Shown here: positions 11,650 through 21,932 of the stretch, piece after piece | How the letters are laid out: every line of letters starts with the position of its first letter | Numbering within the stretch: the first letter of the stretch is position 1 | Source: an uncultured Clostridia bacterium | GTDB taxonomy: Bacteria > Bacillota > Clostridia > TANB77 > CAG-508 | Direction: 5' to 3' | Length of the DNA stretch: 56,423 bases | Assembly: GCA_947623555.1 (NCBI GenBank) | Contig: CANQGW010000006.1 | Coordinates: forward strand, 1-56,423 | Notes under the pieces: generated by a model | Database searches by the model: none | What the model saw: the letters and a program-made list of their open reading frames with translations, nothing else | What the model was told of the DNA's origin: nothing | Made by a program: the position numbers and the translations under genes

Positions 11650-13722
11650 CTATTTATTTTTTCCTTTACTTTTTTTACTTTTTGTTTTTCTCTTTGTAGT
11701 TCTTCTTCTTGTTACTTTTTTATTATCTTCTGGGCTCCAAGTTTCTCCTACCTTTGGTGCATTCCAAGAAATATAATTACAAGATTTTGGATTATTTTCA
11801 CATATATAATACTTTTTCCCTCTTTTTGTTTTTCTTACCTGTACAGTGCTACCGCAAACTGGGCATGGTACATTAACTGTTTCTACAATTGGCTTTGCGT
11901 TTTTACATTCTGGGTAACCAGGGCAAGCTAAAAATTTTCCGTATCTGCCATATTTATATACCATTAATCTTCCACATTTTTCACAAACTACATCAGAAAC
12001 TTCATCTTCTAGTTTTACATGTTCTAACTCTTTTTCTACTTTTTCTACTTCTTTTTCAAATGGTCCATAAAATGTACGAATTACTTGCTTCCATTTTTCT
12101 TTTCCTTCTGCAACTTCGTCAAATTCTTGCTCTATTTTTGCAGTAAATTCTACATTTATAACATCTGCAAAGTTTTCCACTAATAACTTATTTACAACCC
12201 TTCCTAGTTCAGTTGGATGTAATTGTTTTTGCTCCTTTTCAATATACCTTCTTTCTAGAATTGTGGTAATTGTTGGTGAGTAAGTACTTGGTCTACCTAT
12301 TCCCTTTTCTTCTAGTGCTTTTACTAGGCTTGCTTCTGTATATCTTGCAGGTGGTTGTGTAAAGCTTTGCTTTGGCTCTAGCTTTTCTTTTTTTACTTCC
12401 TGATTAATTTTTAAATCTGGTACTGAAGTTTGTTCTTCTTCTTCCTTTTCATTTTCTGTTGTTTCTACATAAAGTGTCATAAACCCTTTAAACTTTAGTG
12501 TTTGCCCGTTTGCTTTAAAAATATAATCGTTTACATTTATTTGTGCACTAATAGTATCAAATACAGCTTGTGCCATTTGGCTTGCGATAAACCTATTATA
12601 TATTAACCTATATAACTTATATTGATCTGGTGTTAAATGATCTTTTATTTCTTCTGGAGTTAAATCTACATAAGTTGGCCTTATTGCTTCATGGGCATCT
12701 TGTGCATTTTGGTTTGTTTTATAATATCTATTTTCATAATAGCTTGGTCCATAAGTTTTAGTAATATGGTCTTTTGCAGCTTTCCTTGCCTCCTCTGAAA
12801 TTCTAGTAGAGTCAGTTCTCATGTAAGTAATTAAGCCCACTGTTCCTCTTTGCCCTACATTTACTCCTTCGTAAAGGCCTTGTGCGGTTGACATTGTTTT
12901 CTTTAATGTAAAACCTAATTTTCTTGAAGCTTCTTGTTGCATTGTACTAGTAGTAAATGGTGGTGCTGGTGTTCTTTTCTTTTCTCCTTTTTTTACATCT
13001 GTAACAATATACTTGCCATTTTTAATTTGCTGTAAAACTTCATTTACTTCTTCTTCGTTATGAAGATCTAATTTTTTGCCAGCCTTTCCATAAAAAGTGG
13101 CTAAAAATGTTTTTTTAGAAGCTTCATCTTTAAGTGTTGCATAAATATTCCAATACTCCTCTGGTACAAAATGCTCTATTTCTTCTTCTCTATCTACAAT
13201 TAATTTAACTGCAACAGACTGTACTCTACCTGCAGATAATCCTCTTTTTACTTTTTTCCATAAAACTGGGCTAATTTTATAACCAACAATTCTATCTAGC
13301 ACACGTCTTGCTTGTTGTGCATCTGTTAAATTCATATCTATTTTTCTAGGTTTTTTTATGCTTTCTTTTACTGTTTCTTTTGTAATTTCATTAAAAGTTA
13401 CTCTGCAGTTGCTATCTATAGGTATTTCTAAAATATGTGCTAGATGCCAAGCAATTGCCTCTCCCTCGCGGTCAGGGTCAGTTGCTAAATATACTTCTTT
13501 TGCATTTGTAGCTTCCTTTTTTAATGTTTTTATTAAATCCCCTTTTCCACGTATATTAATGTATTCTGGCTCAAAATCTTCTTCTATTTTTATACCCATT
13601 TTAGATTTTGGTAAATCCCTAATGTGTCCCATTGATGCCATTACTTTTGTATTTCCACCTAAAAATTTTTTAATAGTATTTGCTTTTGCTGGTGACTCTA
13701 CAATGATTAATTTATCTGCCAT
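11650..13722 (-). CDS. topA: DNA topoisomerase I
   Basis: IVESPAK, ATDPDREGEAI, SAGRVQS, ITYMRTDS, C-terminal zinc ribbons. Confidence 0.98.
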   Translation of the reverse strand: MADKLIIVESPAKANTIKKFLGGNTKVMASMGHIRDLPKSKMGIKIEEDFEPEYINIRGKGDLIKTLKKEATNAKEVYLATDPDREGEAIAWHLAHILEIPIDSNCRVTFNEITKETVKESIKKPRKIDMNLTDAQQARRVLDRIVGYKISPVLWKKVKRGLSAGRVQSVAVKLIVDREEEIEHFVPEEYWNIYATLKDEASKKTFLATFYGKAGKKLDLHNEEEVNEVLQQIKNGKYIVTDVKKGEKKRTPAPPFTTSTMQQEASRKLGFTLKKTMSTAQGLYEGVNVGQRGTVGLITYMRTDSTRISEEARKAAKDHITKTYGPSYYENRYYKTNQNAQDAHEAIRPTYVDLTPEEIKDHLTPDQYKLYRLIYNRFIASQMAQAVFDTISAQINVNDYIFKANGQTLKFKGFMTLYVETTENEKEEEEQTSVPDLKINQEVKKEKLEPKQSFTQPPARYTEASLVKALEEKGIGRPSTYSPTITTILERRYIEKEQKQLHPTELGRVVNKLLVENFADVINVEFTAKIEQEFDEVAEGKEKWKQVIRTFYGPFEKEVEKVEKELEHVKLEDEVSDVVCEKCGRLMVYKYGRYGKFLACPGYPECKNAKPIVETVNVPCPVCGSTVQVRKTKRGKKYYICENNPKSCNYISWNAPKVGETWSPEDNKKVTRRRTTKRKTKSKKSKGKNK

Positions 13723-13901
13723 TTATTCTTCTCCTTTTGTTTTAAACTATATAGTATAATAGCTTAATTTTTTATATTTTGCAAGTATTTTATTCTCCTT
13801 TTTTTATTATAGAAGAAATCAAGCAAAAATAATCATAAAAATAAAGTTTTATTTTTAAAATAAAACTTTATTTTTAGTTTGTATTGTAAAACTAATAATA
13901 A

Positions 13902-14363
13902 TTATTTACTTGTAGAACCAAATCCACCTGTTCTTTGACCTTCTGCTACATCATTATCTGTTACTAAATATTTTTGAAAAATTGCTTGTCCTATACATTC
14001 ACCTTTTTTTATTTCTACCGCTTCTGGTTTTATATTATAAAAAGCAAACATAATATGACCGTCGTTTTCTGGGTTTTCGTAATAGTCTGCATCTATAATA
14101 CCTATACTGTTTGCCATTACTAACCCCTTTTTCTTTGGGTTTGAGCTTCTATTGCATATCATTAAATATTCATCTTCTGGCATATATGCTTTTAACCCTG
14201 TTTTTATTAGTGTTGGTGCTTGCCCCAAAGTAAATGCTGGTACAATGCAGTCTTCTGCTGCTTCTACATCATAACCTGCTGAATATTTTGTTTTACGCAC
14301 TGGCATATTAATATTATTATTTTCAAATCCCTTTGCTATTTCAAATCCTCTTACTTTTTCCAT
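13902..14363 (-). CDS. dut: dUTP pyrophosphatase
   Basis: SAGYD, RSS, GIIDADYY and RTGGFGST motifs. Confidence 0.95.
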   Translation of the reverse strand: MEKVRGFEIAKGFENNNINMPVRKTKYSAGYDVEAAEDCIVPAFTLGQAPTLIKTGLKAYMPEDEYLMICNRSSNPKKKGLVMANSIGIIDADYYENPENDGHIMFAFYNIKPEAVEIKKGECIGQAIFQKYLVTDNDVAEGQRTGGFGSTSK

Positions 14364-14521
14364 AATTTATCTTCCCTTATATTAAAATTTAGGTTTTTTT
14401 GGATCCCTATAAACCATATTTATTATATTATACATTCTGACAAAAGTCATCTTTTTTTCACATTTTTTTATAGAAATCATAAAATATAATAACTGATATT
14501 TTAATCATATTGGAGGACATA

Positions 14522-14749
14522 ATGTTAAATACTTTAAATAAATTAAGCTTAAATAAAACGGCAAAAATTGAATCTTTAAATTGTACAGGTATAAATCATA
14601 GAAGGCTATTAGATTTAGGGTTAGTAAAAGGTACAAAGATTACTCCTGTATTAATTAGCCCAAGCGGTGACCCTACTGCTTATGAAGTTCGTGGTAGTGT
14701 AATTGCTTTACGAAGCGAAGATAGCTCAAAAATTATAATAAACATGTAG
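14522..14749 (+). CDS. feoA: FeoA-domain protein
   Basis: RRLLDLGLVKGT...SPSGDP...VRGSVIALR; ATG 14522 behind GGAGG. Confidence 0.85.
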   Translation: MLNTLNKLSLNKTAKIESLNCTGINHRRLLDLGLVKGTKITPVLISPSGDPTAYEVRGSVIALRSEDSSKIIINM

Positions 14750-14804
14750 ACATAAAAAAAGCATTTATTTTTAAAAATATATTTTAAAAATAAATGCCTT
14801 TTTT

Positions 14805-15110
14805 CTAAATTGCCATATCTTCTAGAACATATTTGAGATCAATTGGTGTTACTTTGTTTTTTAGTAAAATACTTAATAAATGTTCTACTTCGCATTTTTG
14901 CTTGCATATATGATTAAATTCTTGTTTCTCTTCATTTATTTCATTATTTACTATTTCAGTTTTAATAATTCCTACGCCATATTTCTTTTCATCATTTTGG
15001 CTAAAGTTATTATATTTTGTTTTATAATACTTTAGCATTATCGTATGGGTTGTTTCTTCATTTTCTGAATTAACTGTAGTTTTCCCATAGATCTTTTTAA
15101 ATAAATGCAT
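14805..15110 (-). CDS. Conserved clostridial hypothetical protein (DUF6514-like)
   Basis: YGVGIIK...L..NKVTPIDLKYVLED pattern; ATG 15110 behind AGGGGG. Confidence 0.65.
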   Translation of the reverse strand: MHLFKKIYGKTTVNSENEETTHTIMLKYYKTKYNNFSQNDEKKYGVGIIKTEIVNNEINEEKQEFNHICKQKCEVEHLLSILLKNKVTPIDLKYVLEDMAI

Positions 15111-15193
15111 ATACTTATTATTCCCCCTTTTCTTTTGTATGGTGAGAATAAAGTATATCATACATTATATGTGATAACAAGTATTTTCGTATG

Positions 15194-16321
15194 TCAAAAA
15201 TTGCCAAAATTCGACAATTTTATTTCATTATAAATTTTATCTTCCACATCTGGAATTGCTATTCTTTGTGCTTTTAAGCCCATTGTCTCTAAAAGTTTTT
15301 TATCCTTTACCAATTTAGAAATTTCGCTATTTAAAATATTAGAATTTAAGTTTTTATCTAAAATAATTTTAGCTGCACCTACATTTTCTAATACTCTTGC
15401 ATTGTATTCTTGGTGATTTTCTGTTGCAAACGGAAAAGGTATAAATATAGCTGGTTTTCCTACATTAGCAATTTCAGTAATGGTCATTGCTCCGCTTCTG
15501 CATACTACTAAATCAACAATGTTAATCATTTGCTCCATATTGTATATATATGGAACAATTTTAACATTTGGTATACTGTCTATTTGTAAATTATATTTTT
15601 GATATAAAATATCTTTTATTTCTTCATACTGTGAAGGTCCTGCAGCCCACATTATTTGATAGTTTTCATTTTTCTTTTCAGAAATTATTTCTAGCAAGCT
15701 TTGATTAATACTTTGTGCTCCTTGGCTACCTCCAAAAAATAGTACAATTGGTTTATCTAAACTTAATTTGTTTTGATTTAAGATTTCTCTTTTTTCATTT
15801 TCCGAAATTTTTATTTTCTTTACTTTAGTTGGTGTTCCTGTAACACATACTTGTTTGGCTTTTGGAAGTCTTTTTTTAGCATCTTCAAACCCTACTAAAA
15901 CTTTATCTGCTTTATTTGATAATATTTTTACTGCGACCCCCGGAAACGCATTGCTTTCATGAAGTACAAGGGGTACTTTTTTTCTTTTAGCAGCTAACCC
16001 TACTGGTACACAAATATATCCACCAGTGCCTATTACTAAATCTGGCTTAAATTCTTCTATCATTTTCTTTACTATTTTTATGCAATGGAATGTTTTATAT
16101 ATTTTTTTTATATTGTCTAAAGAAATAGTGCGGTCAAACCCATAAGCATCTATAGTTTTTAAGGCATAGCCTGCTCTTGGTACTAAATCGTTTTCTAGCC
16201 CTCTATTAGTTCCTATAAAAATAATCTGTGAGTTTGGCTCTTCTTTTTTTATTTTATTTGCAATAGCTAAACCTGGGTTTATGTGTCCTCCTGTACCTGC
16301 AGCTGCTATTATTACTTTCAT
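15194..16321 (-). CDS. murG: Lipid II GlcNAc transferase
   Basis: AGTGGHINP, GTGGY, HESNAFPG, GGSQGA, HQEYNA. Confidence 0.97.
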   Translation of the reverse strand: MKVIIAAAGTGGHINPGLAIANKIKKEEPNSQIIFIGTNRGLENDLVPRAGYALKTIDAYGFDRTISLDNIKKIYKTFHCIKIVKKMIEEFKPDLVIGTGGYICVPVGLAAKRKKVPLVLHESNAFPGVAVKILSNKADKVLVGFEDAKKRLPKAKQVCVTGTPTKVKKIKISENEKREILNQNKLSLDKPIVLFFGGSQGAQSINQSLLEIISEKKNENYQIMWAAGPSQYEEIKDILYQKYNLQIDSIPNVKIVPYIYNMEQMINIVDLVVCRSGAMTITEIANVGKPAIFIPFPFATENHQEYNARVLENVGAAKIILDKNLNSNILNSEISKLVKDKKLLETMGLKAQRIAIPDVEDKIYNEIKLSNFGNF

Positions 16322-16351
16322 CTACTTCCTCCTTTTTGAAGCATTTATATT

Positions 16352-17510
16352 TTACACTTTACTTCCTGCACGCGATATATTTAAAAGCACTCCGCATACT
16401 AGCTAGTAAAATAAATAATGAACTTCCGCCATAACTAAAGAATGGTAAAGATATTCCCGTATTTGGAATAGATGATGTTACAACTGCTATATTTAAAATT
16501 GTTTGTATTGCTACTAAACTTATAATTCCAACAGCAATTAATGCGCCAAATGTATCAGGTGCCTTAATTGCAACTAAAATACCTCTCCAAATTAATATTG
16601 CAAAAAGCATAATTATTATACTGCAACCAACAAATCCTAATTCCTCTGCTATTATAGAAAATATAAAGTCGTTTTGTGGCATTGATATGTATAAATATTT
16701 TTGTTTACTTTCTCCTAATCCTGCCCCCAATAGTCCACCTGAACCTATAGCATATAAACTTTGTATAACTTGCCATCCATCACCTAATGGATCTTGAAAT
16801 GGATCTAAAAATGATACAATTCTTCCTAAACGAAAACTATCGCCTGAACCTCCAGAAGTAAGTTTATATACTAAAAATGCACCTATTCCACCTGCTCCTA
16901 AAATACCTGATAAAATAAAATATAACATTCTTGCTCCTGCAACTATCATCATAATGCAAGCTATCATTGCTATTATTAAAGATGCGCTTAAATGGTTTTG
17001 TATTAAATATAAAATGCCAATTGGTGGAATAATAAAGCAAAGTGGTTTTACAAATCCTAGCCAAAAATCTTTTAGTTCATTTTTATGATCTGATAAATAA
17101 CCTGCATAAAAGATAATTAAGCCTATTTTTGTAAACTCTGATGGTTGAAACTGACCTATTCCTGGGATAGCCACCCATCTTCTAGCACCATTGGCAGAAA
17201 CGCCAAGCCCTGGTACTAATACCAACAGCAAAATTATACAAGAGGCAAAGTAAATAGGCCAATAAAATTTTTTGTAAAATCTGTAGTCTACCTTTGAAAG
17301 TATAAACATTGTAATTATCCCTAAAATTCCAAACACAAGTTGCCTGCCTGCATAAGTGTAGCTTTCGCTATTTTCTGCAAGTGCTGATGGAGCTGACGCA
17401 GAAAGTACCATAACAATTCCTAATGCAAGTAAAATAAAAACTACTGCACATAATATAAAATCAAATGGTTGGTTAACAAACTTTGAAACTTTTTTAACTT
17501 TTTTTTGCAT
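16352..17510 (-). CDS. spoVE: SEDS glycosyltransferase SpoVE/FtsW, with a +1 frameshift at CGGA (16391-16394)
   Basis: NGARRW, QPSEFTK, NDFIFSIIAEELG, LPFFSYGGSS; skipping C 16394 gives the family C-terminus M-GVLLNISRAGSKV* instead of MRSAFKYIACRK*. Confidence 0.9.
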
Positions 17511-17519
17511 TTGTTCCTC

Positions 17520-18509
17520 CTAAATTGAAGCTATTCCTATTACACAACATAATAATGTAATAAGGCTAAATACTGATACAATTTTATTTTCGTTCCATCC
17601 ACATAGTTCAAAATGATGGTGTATTGGAGTCATTTTAAAAATTCTTTTTCCTGTTTTTTTAAAGTGCCTTACTTGAATCATAACAGAAAGAGTTTCTATT
17701 ACTGGAACTAATGCAACTATAATTAACAATAATGGCATTTTTAAATAAAGTGCCATACTTGCAATAGCTCCACCTATTAATAGTGAGCCTGTATCTCCCA
17801 TCATTATTTTAGCTGGATGAAGATTAAATATTAAAAATCCTAGACAAGTTCCAATTAATATACTACCAAATATAGTAATTTCTTTAACTCCTGTCATAAA
17901 ACCAATAACAGTTAGGGTAGTAAAAATTATTGTTGTTACACTTGTAGAAAGCCCATCTATTCCATCGGTTAAGTTAACGGCATTAGTAGTTGCGAGCATA
18001 ACAATTACTGCAAATGGTACATATAGCCATATAGGAAGTGTTATATATGTTTTAAAAAATGGAATATATGTATCTGTTCCTATTTGTATAAATTGTGTTA
18101 TATATAAGCAAAAAGCTACCGAAACTATTAATAAGCCTAACATCTTGTATGCTGGTTTTAACCCTTCTGTATTTTTGCCTATTAATTTTTTCAAATCATC
18201 TATTAAACCTATCACTCCAAATCCAATGCTTGAAATAATTAATGGAATTAAGTTTACAATGCTTTGCTTTTCTAGCTCATTTCCTGATAAATAAAGTTTT
18301 AAAAATGCATATATTCCTACTAGCAAAATAGTAATAATAATTATTATTCCACCCATAGTTGGAGTTCCCTGTTTTTTCAAGTGTGACTGTGGACCTTCTG
18401 TTCTTTCTAGCTGACCTACTTTTAATTTTTTTAAAATAGGTATTACAAGCATAGAAATTACAAAACTAACTGCTAAAGAAATAATAATAAGTTTAGTTTG
18501 AAATCCCAT
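17520..18509 (-). CDS. mraY: Phospho-MurNAc-pentapeptide translocase
   Basis: KQGTPTMGG, NAVNLTDGIDGL, MGDTGS, PIHHHFE. Confidence 0.97.
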   Translation of the reverse strand: MGFQTKLIIISLAVSFVISMLVIPILKKLKVGQLERTEGPQSHLKKQGTPTMGGIIIIITILLVGIYAFLKLYLSGNELEKQSIVNLIPLIISSIGFGVIGLIDDLKKLIGKNTEGLKPAYKMLGLLIVSVAFCLYITQFIQIGTDTYIPFFKTYITLPIWLYVPFAVIVMLATTNAVNLTDGIDGLSTSVTTIIFTTLTVIGFMTGVKEITIFGSILIGTCLGFLIFNLHPAKIMMGDTGSLLIGGAIASMALYLKMPLLLIIVALVPVIETLSVMIQVRHFKKTGKRIFKMTPIHHHFELCGWNENKIVSVFSLITLLCCVIGIASI

Positions 18510-18548
18510 CTTTCCTCCTTCGTTAAATTAAGTTTTTATATTGTAATT

Positions 18549-20021
18549 TTAGTTTTCTAAAATATCTTTTATAATTTTTCTTTCATCAAATGGATATTTT
18601 TTTCCATTTATTTCTTGAGTTAACTCATGACCCTTTCCTGCAATTACAATAATATCTTTTTTATGTGCCATACTAATAGCTTTTTTTATGGCCTCTTTTC
18701 TATCTACAATGCACTCATAGCTGCCCTTTGTTTTTTTAATTCCCTTTTCTATTTGTTCTATAATTTCTTCCGGCTTTTCAGTTCTTGGGTTATCTGATGT
18801 AATAATTGTATGGTTTGCCAAAACTCCAGAAATACTTCCCATTATTGACCTTTTCCCTGGATCCCTGTCTCCGCCACAACCAAATACGCAAATTACTTTA
18901 CCTTGTGTATATGTTTTTACTGTTGTTAAAATGCTTTCCAAACTTTCTGGTGTATGTGCATAATCTATCATAATAGTTAAGTCTTTTGAGTTATTAACAA
19001 GTTCGCTCCTCCCCGGAACTCGAATATCTAGTAATGTTTCTGATATGTTTTGCAAGCTAACTCTAAACTTTAATGCCACACTAATTGCAGCTAATGAATT
19101 GTATACACTAAATCTTCCTGGTATTCCTACCTTTACTCTTTCATTTTTATCTGTTAATTTTACTTTAAAATCAACACTTGAGTTAGTTACAGTTATGTCT
19201 TTAGCTAATAAATTGGCAGGATTATCAATTCCATAAGTTTTAAACTCGCAAGTTGGAACTAACCTAGGTAATTTATTTGCATATACATCATCTGCATTTA
19301 TAAAACCATATTTACACATTTTAAATAGTTTTACTTTTGACTCAAAATATTCTTCCATACTAGAGTGTTCTTTTTTACTAATATGATCTTTAGAAAAGTT
19401 AGTAAATATACCAATGTCAAACTCACAGCCATCTACTCTTCCTAGTTTTAAGCTTTGCGAAGAAACCTCCATTACTGCAACATCACATTTTTCTTTTACC
19501 ATTCTAGCAAGTAATTCTTGCAGTTCTAAACTTTCTGGTGTTGTTCTATCATTATCTCCTAAATTTTTATCACCAATATATGTACAAATTGTTCCTATTA
19601 ACCCTACTTTAAGGCCTTGTTTTTCTAATAATGATTTTATCATAAAAGTTGTTGTTGTTTTTCCTTTTGTTCCAGTTACACCAATTAACTGCAATTTTTT
19701 AGAAGGATTTTTATAATAATTACATGCACAAATGGAAATTGCATGCCTTGTATCTAATGATAATATAAAAGTAACATCTTCTGGTAAATCTTTTACCATA
19801 TCTTTTGATATTTTGTCCGCTTGTGCCATAATTACACTGGCACCATTTTTTATAGCTTCAGTAATATATTTATGACCATCTTCATCAAACCCATCTATTG
19901 CAATAAACATATCACCTTTTTGAACTTTTTGGGAATTACTTTCTATTTTAGCAACATCTACCTCTAAACTTCCCTTTATCTTTAAATCTTCTAGTCCTAA
20001 CAAAATATTTTTAAGTTCCAT
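18549..20021 (-). CDS. murE: UDP-MurNAc-tripeptide synthetase (meso-DAP-type motif)
   Basis: GVTGTKGKTT, TTPES, MEVSS, DYAHTP, DNPR, AGKGHE. Confidence 0.97.
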   Translation of the reverse strand: MELKNILLGLEDLKIKGSLEVDVAKIESNSQKVQKGDMFIAIDGFDEDGHKYITEAIKNGASVIMAQADKISKDMVKDLPEDVTFILSLDTRHAISICACNYYKNPSKKLQLIGVTGTKGKTTTTFMIKSLLEKQGLKVGLIGTICTYIGDKNLGDNDRTTPESLELQELLARMVKEKCDVAVMEVSSQSLKLGRVDGCEFDIGIFTNFSKDHISKKEHSSMEEYFESKVKLFKMCKYGFINADDVYANKLPRLVPTCEFKTYGIDNPANLLAKDITVTNSSVDFKVKLTDKNERVKVGIPGRFSVYNSLAAISVALKFRVSLQNISETLLDIRVPGRSELVNNSKDLTIMIDYAHTPESLESILTTVKTYTQGKVICVFGCGGDRDPGKRSIMGSISGVLANHTIITSDNPRTEKPEEIIEQIEKGIKKTKGSYECIVDRKEAIKKAISMAHKKDIIVIAGKGHELTQEINGKKYPFDERKIIKDILEN

Positions 20022-20056
20022 ACCATTCCCCTATTCTGTTCTAATTTTCCAAATAC

Positions 20057-20085
20057 ATTATATAACTAAATGTAATTTTTGTATA
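20057..20085 (-). promoter_or_regulatory. Candidate sigmaA promoter for murE-mraY-spoVE-murG
   Basis: TATACA-N17-TATAAT on the minus strand, 35 bp upstream of murE. Confidence 0.45.
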
Positions 20086-20113
20086 GTAATTTTAACAATG
20101 ACGCTAAAAATTT

Positions 20114-20410
20114 TTAAATTGTGGCAATTACTTTTGTTCCTTCGTATATTTTAATACCCTTTTTAGGCAATTGCTCTTTGATAATAGTTTCTTTTTTGTT
20201 ATAATCTTCTGGTTCATTTTTTATTTGCAATTCTAAATTTACTTCTTTTAATGTTTTAACTGCCTCTTCAACTGTCATGCCTTCTATATTAGGTACTTCA
20301 ATTTGCTTTTTCTCGTCTTCTTCAGTTACATTATCTTTTTTTAACTCTAAATAAGGTAAAACTTCTGATAATACTTGACCGCCAACAGGGGCGCCTACGG
20401 CACCTCCTTG
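20114..20410 (-). CDS. spoVD: 3' segment of the split PBP (spoVD): last transpeptidase helix plus PASTA domain, 98 aa, no start codon of its own
   Basis: Missing from the ORF track. Translates QGGAVGAPVGGQVLSEVLPYLE...IEVPNIEGMTVEEAVKTLKEVNL...IIKEQLPKKGIKIYEGTKVIATI*. Confidence 0.93.
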   Translation of the reverse strand, partial: QGGAVGAPVGGQVLSEVLPYLELKKDNVTEEDEKKQIEVPNIEGMTVEEAVKTLKEVNLELQIKNEPEDYNKKETIIKEQLPKKGIKIYEGTKVIATI

Positions 20411-20426
20411 TGTTGCCAGTTTCTTA
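20395..20426 (-). other. att junction, recombinase side
   Basis: Minus strand TAA-GAAACTGGCAACA|CA|AGGAGGTGCC; recombinase stop lies 13 bp from the shared CA at 20410-20409. Confidence 0.8.
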
Positions 20427-21911
20427 TTGCAGTTTTTGCTTAAAAAAAATTTCTATTTTATTTTCTGAATATATTTCTATTTTACTTATTATTTCTTTTA
20501 GAAAATTATTTGTAATATAATTTTCTTTTTTAAATAATTCCATAATGTTTTCCAATTTATTTTCATAATTATTTCTTTTTACATTTTGCCTATTTATTAA
20601 TAACTTGCATTTTTCTATTTCTTCTTTTAATTTTTCATATTCTATTTTAAATTCATAGGCTGTTATATAACCTTCACACTTTTTATTGTATAAAATGCTT
20701 TTTTTATTTTCAAGCTCTTGCTCTTTTCTTTTTAATTCATCCATTTTTTGGCTGTCCATGCTCATTTTTTTGTAATATTTTGTTAAGTCATTTACATTAA
20801 TTTGGCATAACATTTTTATAACTTCTTTTTTCACAATTTCATTTAAAGCTTTTTCTTTTATGTAAGTTCCATTTTTGCATTTTTTTCTGTAAAAATAATT
20901 GCAAATAAATCCAGCACTATTATGCAAAAGTTCTTTATTTTTTGATTTATAAATTTTATATTGTAATTTTCTTTTGCAGTTTCCACAATATACTAAATTC
21001 ATTAGCAAATATTCATATTTTACATTTGCACTTTTCCTTTTTTTTGCCTTAATTTCTTGCACCTTTTCATAATCTTCTTTTTTTATTATTGCCTGATGTG
21101 TATTTTCTTTTATAATCCAATTTTCTTTATTATTTTTTTTACATGTTTTTTTAATATAATTTGTTTCATATTTGTTCATTACGGTATTTCCAATGTAAAA
21201 TTGATTACTTAAAATATTACAAATTTGTTCTGAATTCCATCTTTTAGCTGCATTTTTTAATTTCATATATTTACTTGGGGTTTTAACTTTTTGGTTATTA
21301 AAATATTGTGTAATTTCACCACTTGAGTATCCTTCAAGATACATTTTATAAATTTTTCTTACATTGTTTGCCACATTTTCATCTATAATAATTTTGTGTT
21401 TATCACTTGTTTCCTTTTTATAACCATATGGAACTAAAAACTCAACATATTTTCCCTCTTCCTTCATAGCATTTTTATTTGCCCTTACTTTTTTAGATAT
21501 ATCTTCAATATATGACTGGTTTGCAATTCCACGAAGCATTATGCCATCATCTATTTCATATTTTTCCCCACTATCTATAAATTCTGTTACTGATATAAAC
21601 CTTACATCATTATCTGGGAAAAAAATTTCGGTGTACCAACCTGTTTTATTTTTATCACGCGTTAGCCTGCTCACATCTTTTACAATTACCATATTAATAA
21701 AGCCTTTAACTATGTCTAGCATCATTTCATTTAATTTTGGTCTTGAATTTAATATTCCAGAATAGCCATTATCTGCATATTCTTTAACTATTTTGTAACC
21801 TCTTGAAATGGCATAGTTTGTTGTAATTTCTCTTTGTGTCTCAATGCTATTATTTTTTTCATTATCTTGTTTTGATAACCTTAAATATATTCCAGCTCTA
21901 TATTCCTTCAA
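20424..21911 (-). CDS. Large serine recombinase (resolvase + recombinase + Zn-ribbon domains)
   Basis: YLRLS catalytic Ser, DNGYSG, RP, KDVSRLTR, VPYGY, THQAII, CGNC. Confidence 0.95.
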   Translation of the reverse strand: MKEYRAGIYLRLSKQDNEKNNSIETQREITTNYAISRGYKIVKEYADNGYSGILNSRPKLNEMMLDIVKGFINMVIVKDVSRLTRDKNKTGWYTEIFFPDNDVRFISVTEFIDSGEKYEIDDGIMLRGIANQSYIEDISKKVRANKNAMKEEGKYVEFLVPYGYKKETSDKHKIIIDENVANNVRKIYKMYLEGYSSGEITQYFNNQKVKTPSKYMKLKNAAKRWNSEQICNILSNQFYIGNTVMNKYETNYIKKTCKKNNKENWIIKENTHQAIIKKEDYEKVQEIKAKKRKSANVKYEYLLMNLVYCGNCKRKLQYKIYKSKNKELLHNSAGFICNYFYRKKCKNGTYIKEKALNEIVKKEVIKMLCQINVNDLTKYYKKMSMDSQKMDELKRKEQELENKKSILYNKKCEGYITAYEFKIEYEKLKEEIEKCKLLINRQNVKRNNYENKLENIMELFKKENYITNNFLKEIISKIEIYSENKIEIFFKQKLQ

Positions 21912-21932
21912 CCCGTTCTTCTCCCTATAATT

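Noticed and set aside
15210-15216. Perfect Spo0A box (TGTCGAA, minus strand) at the end of murG
   Set aside because: A single 7-mer within coding sequence; insufficient on its own.
19000-19030. AGG-A or CGA as additional frameshift triggers
   Set aside because: murE has in-frame CGA and AGG-A (DIRVPGRSE) with no break, so the effect appears specific to CGG.
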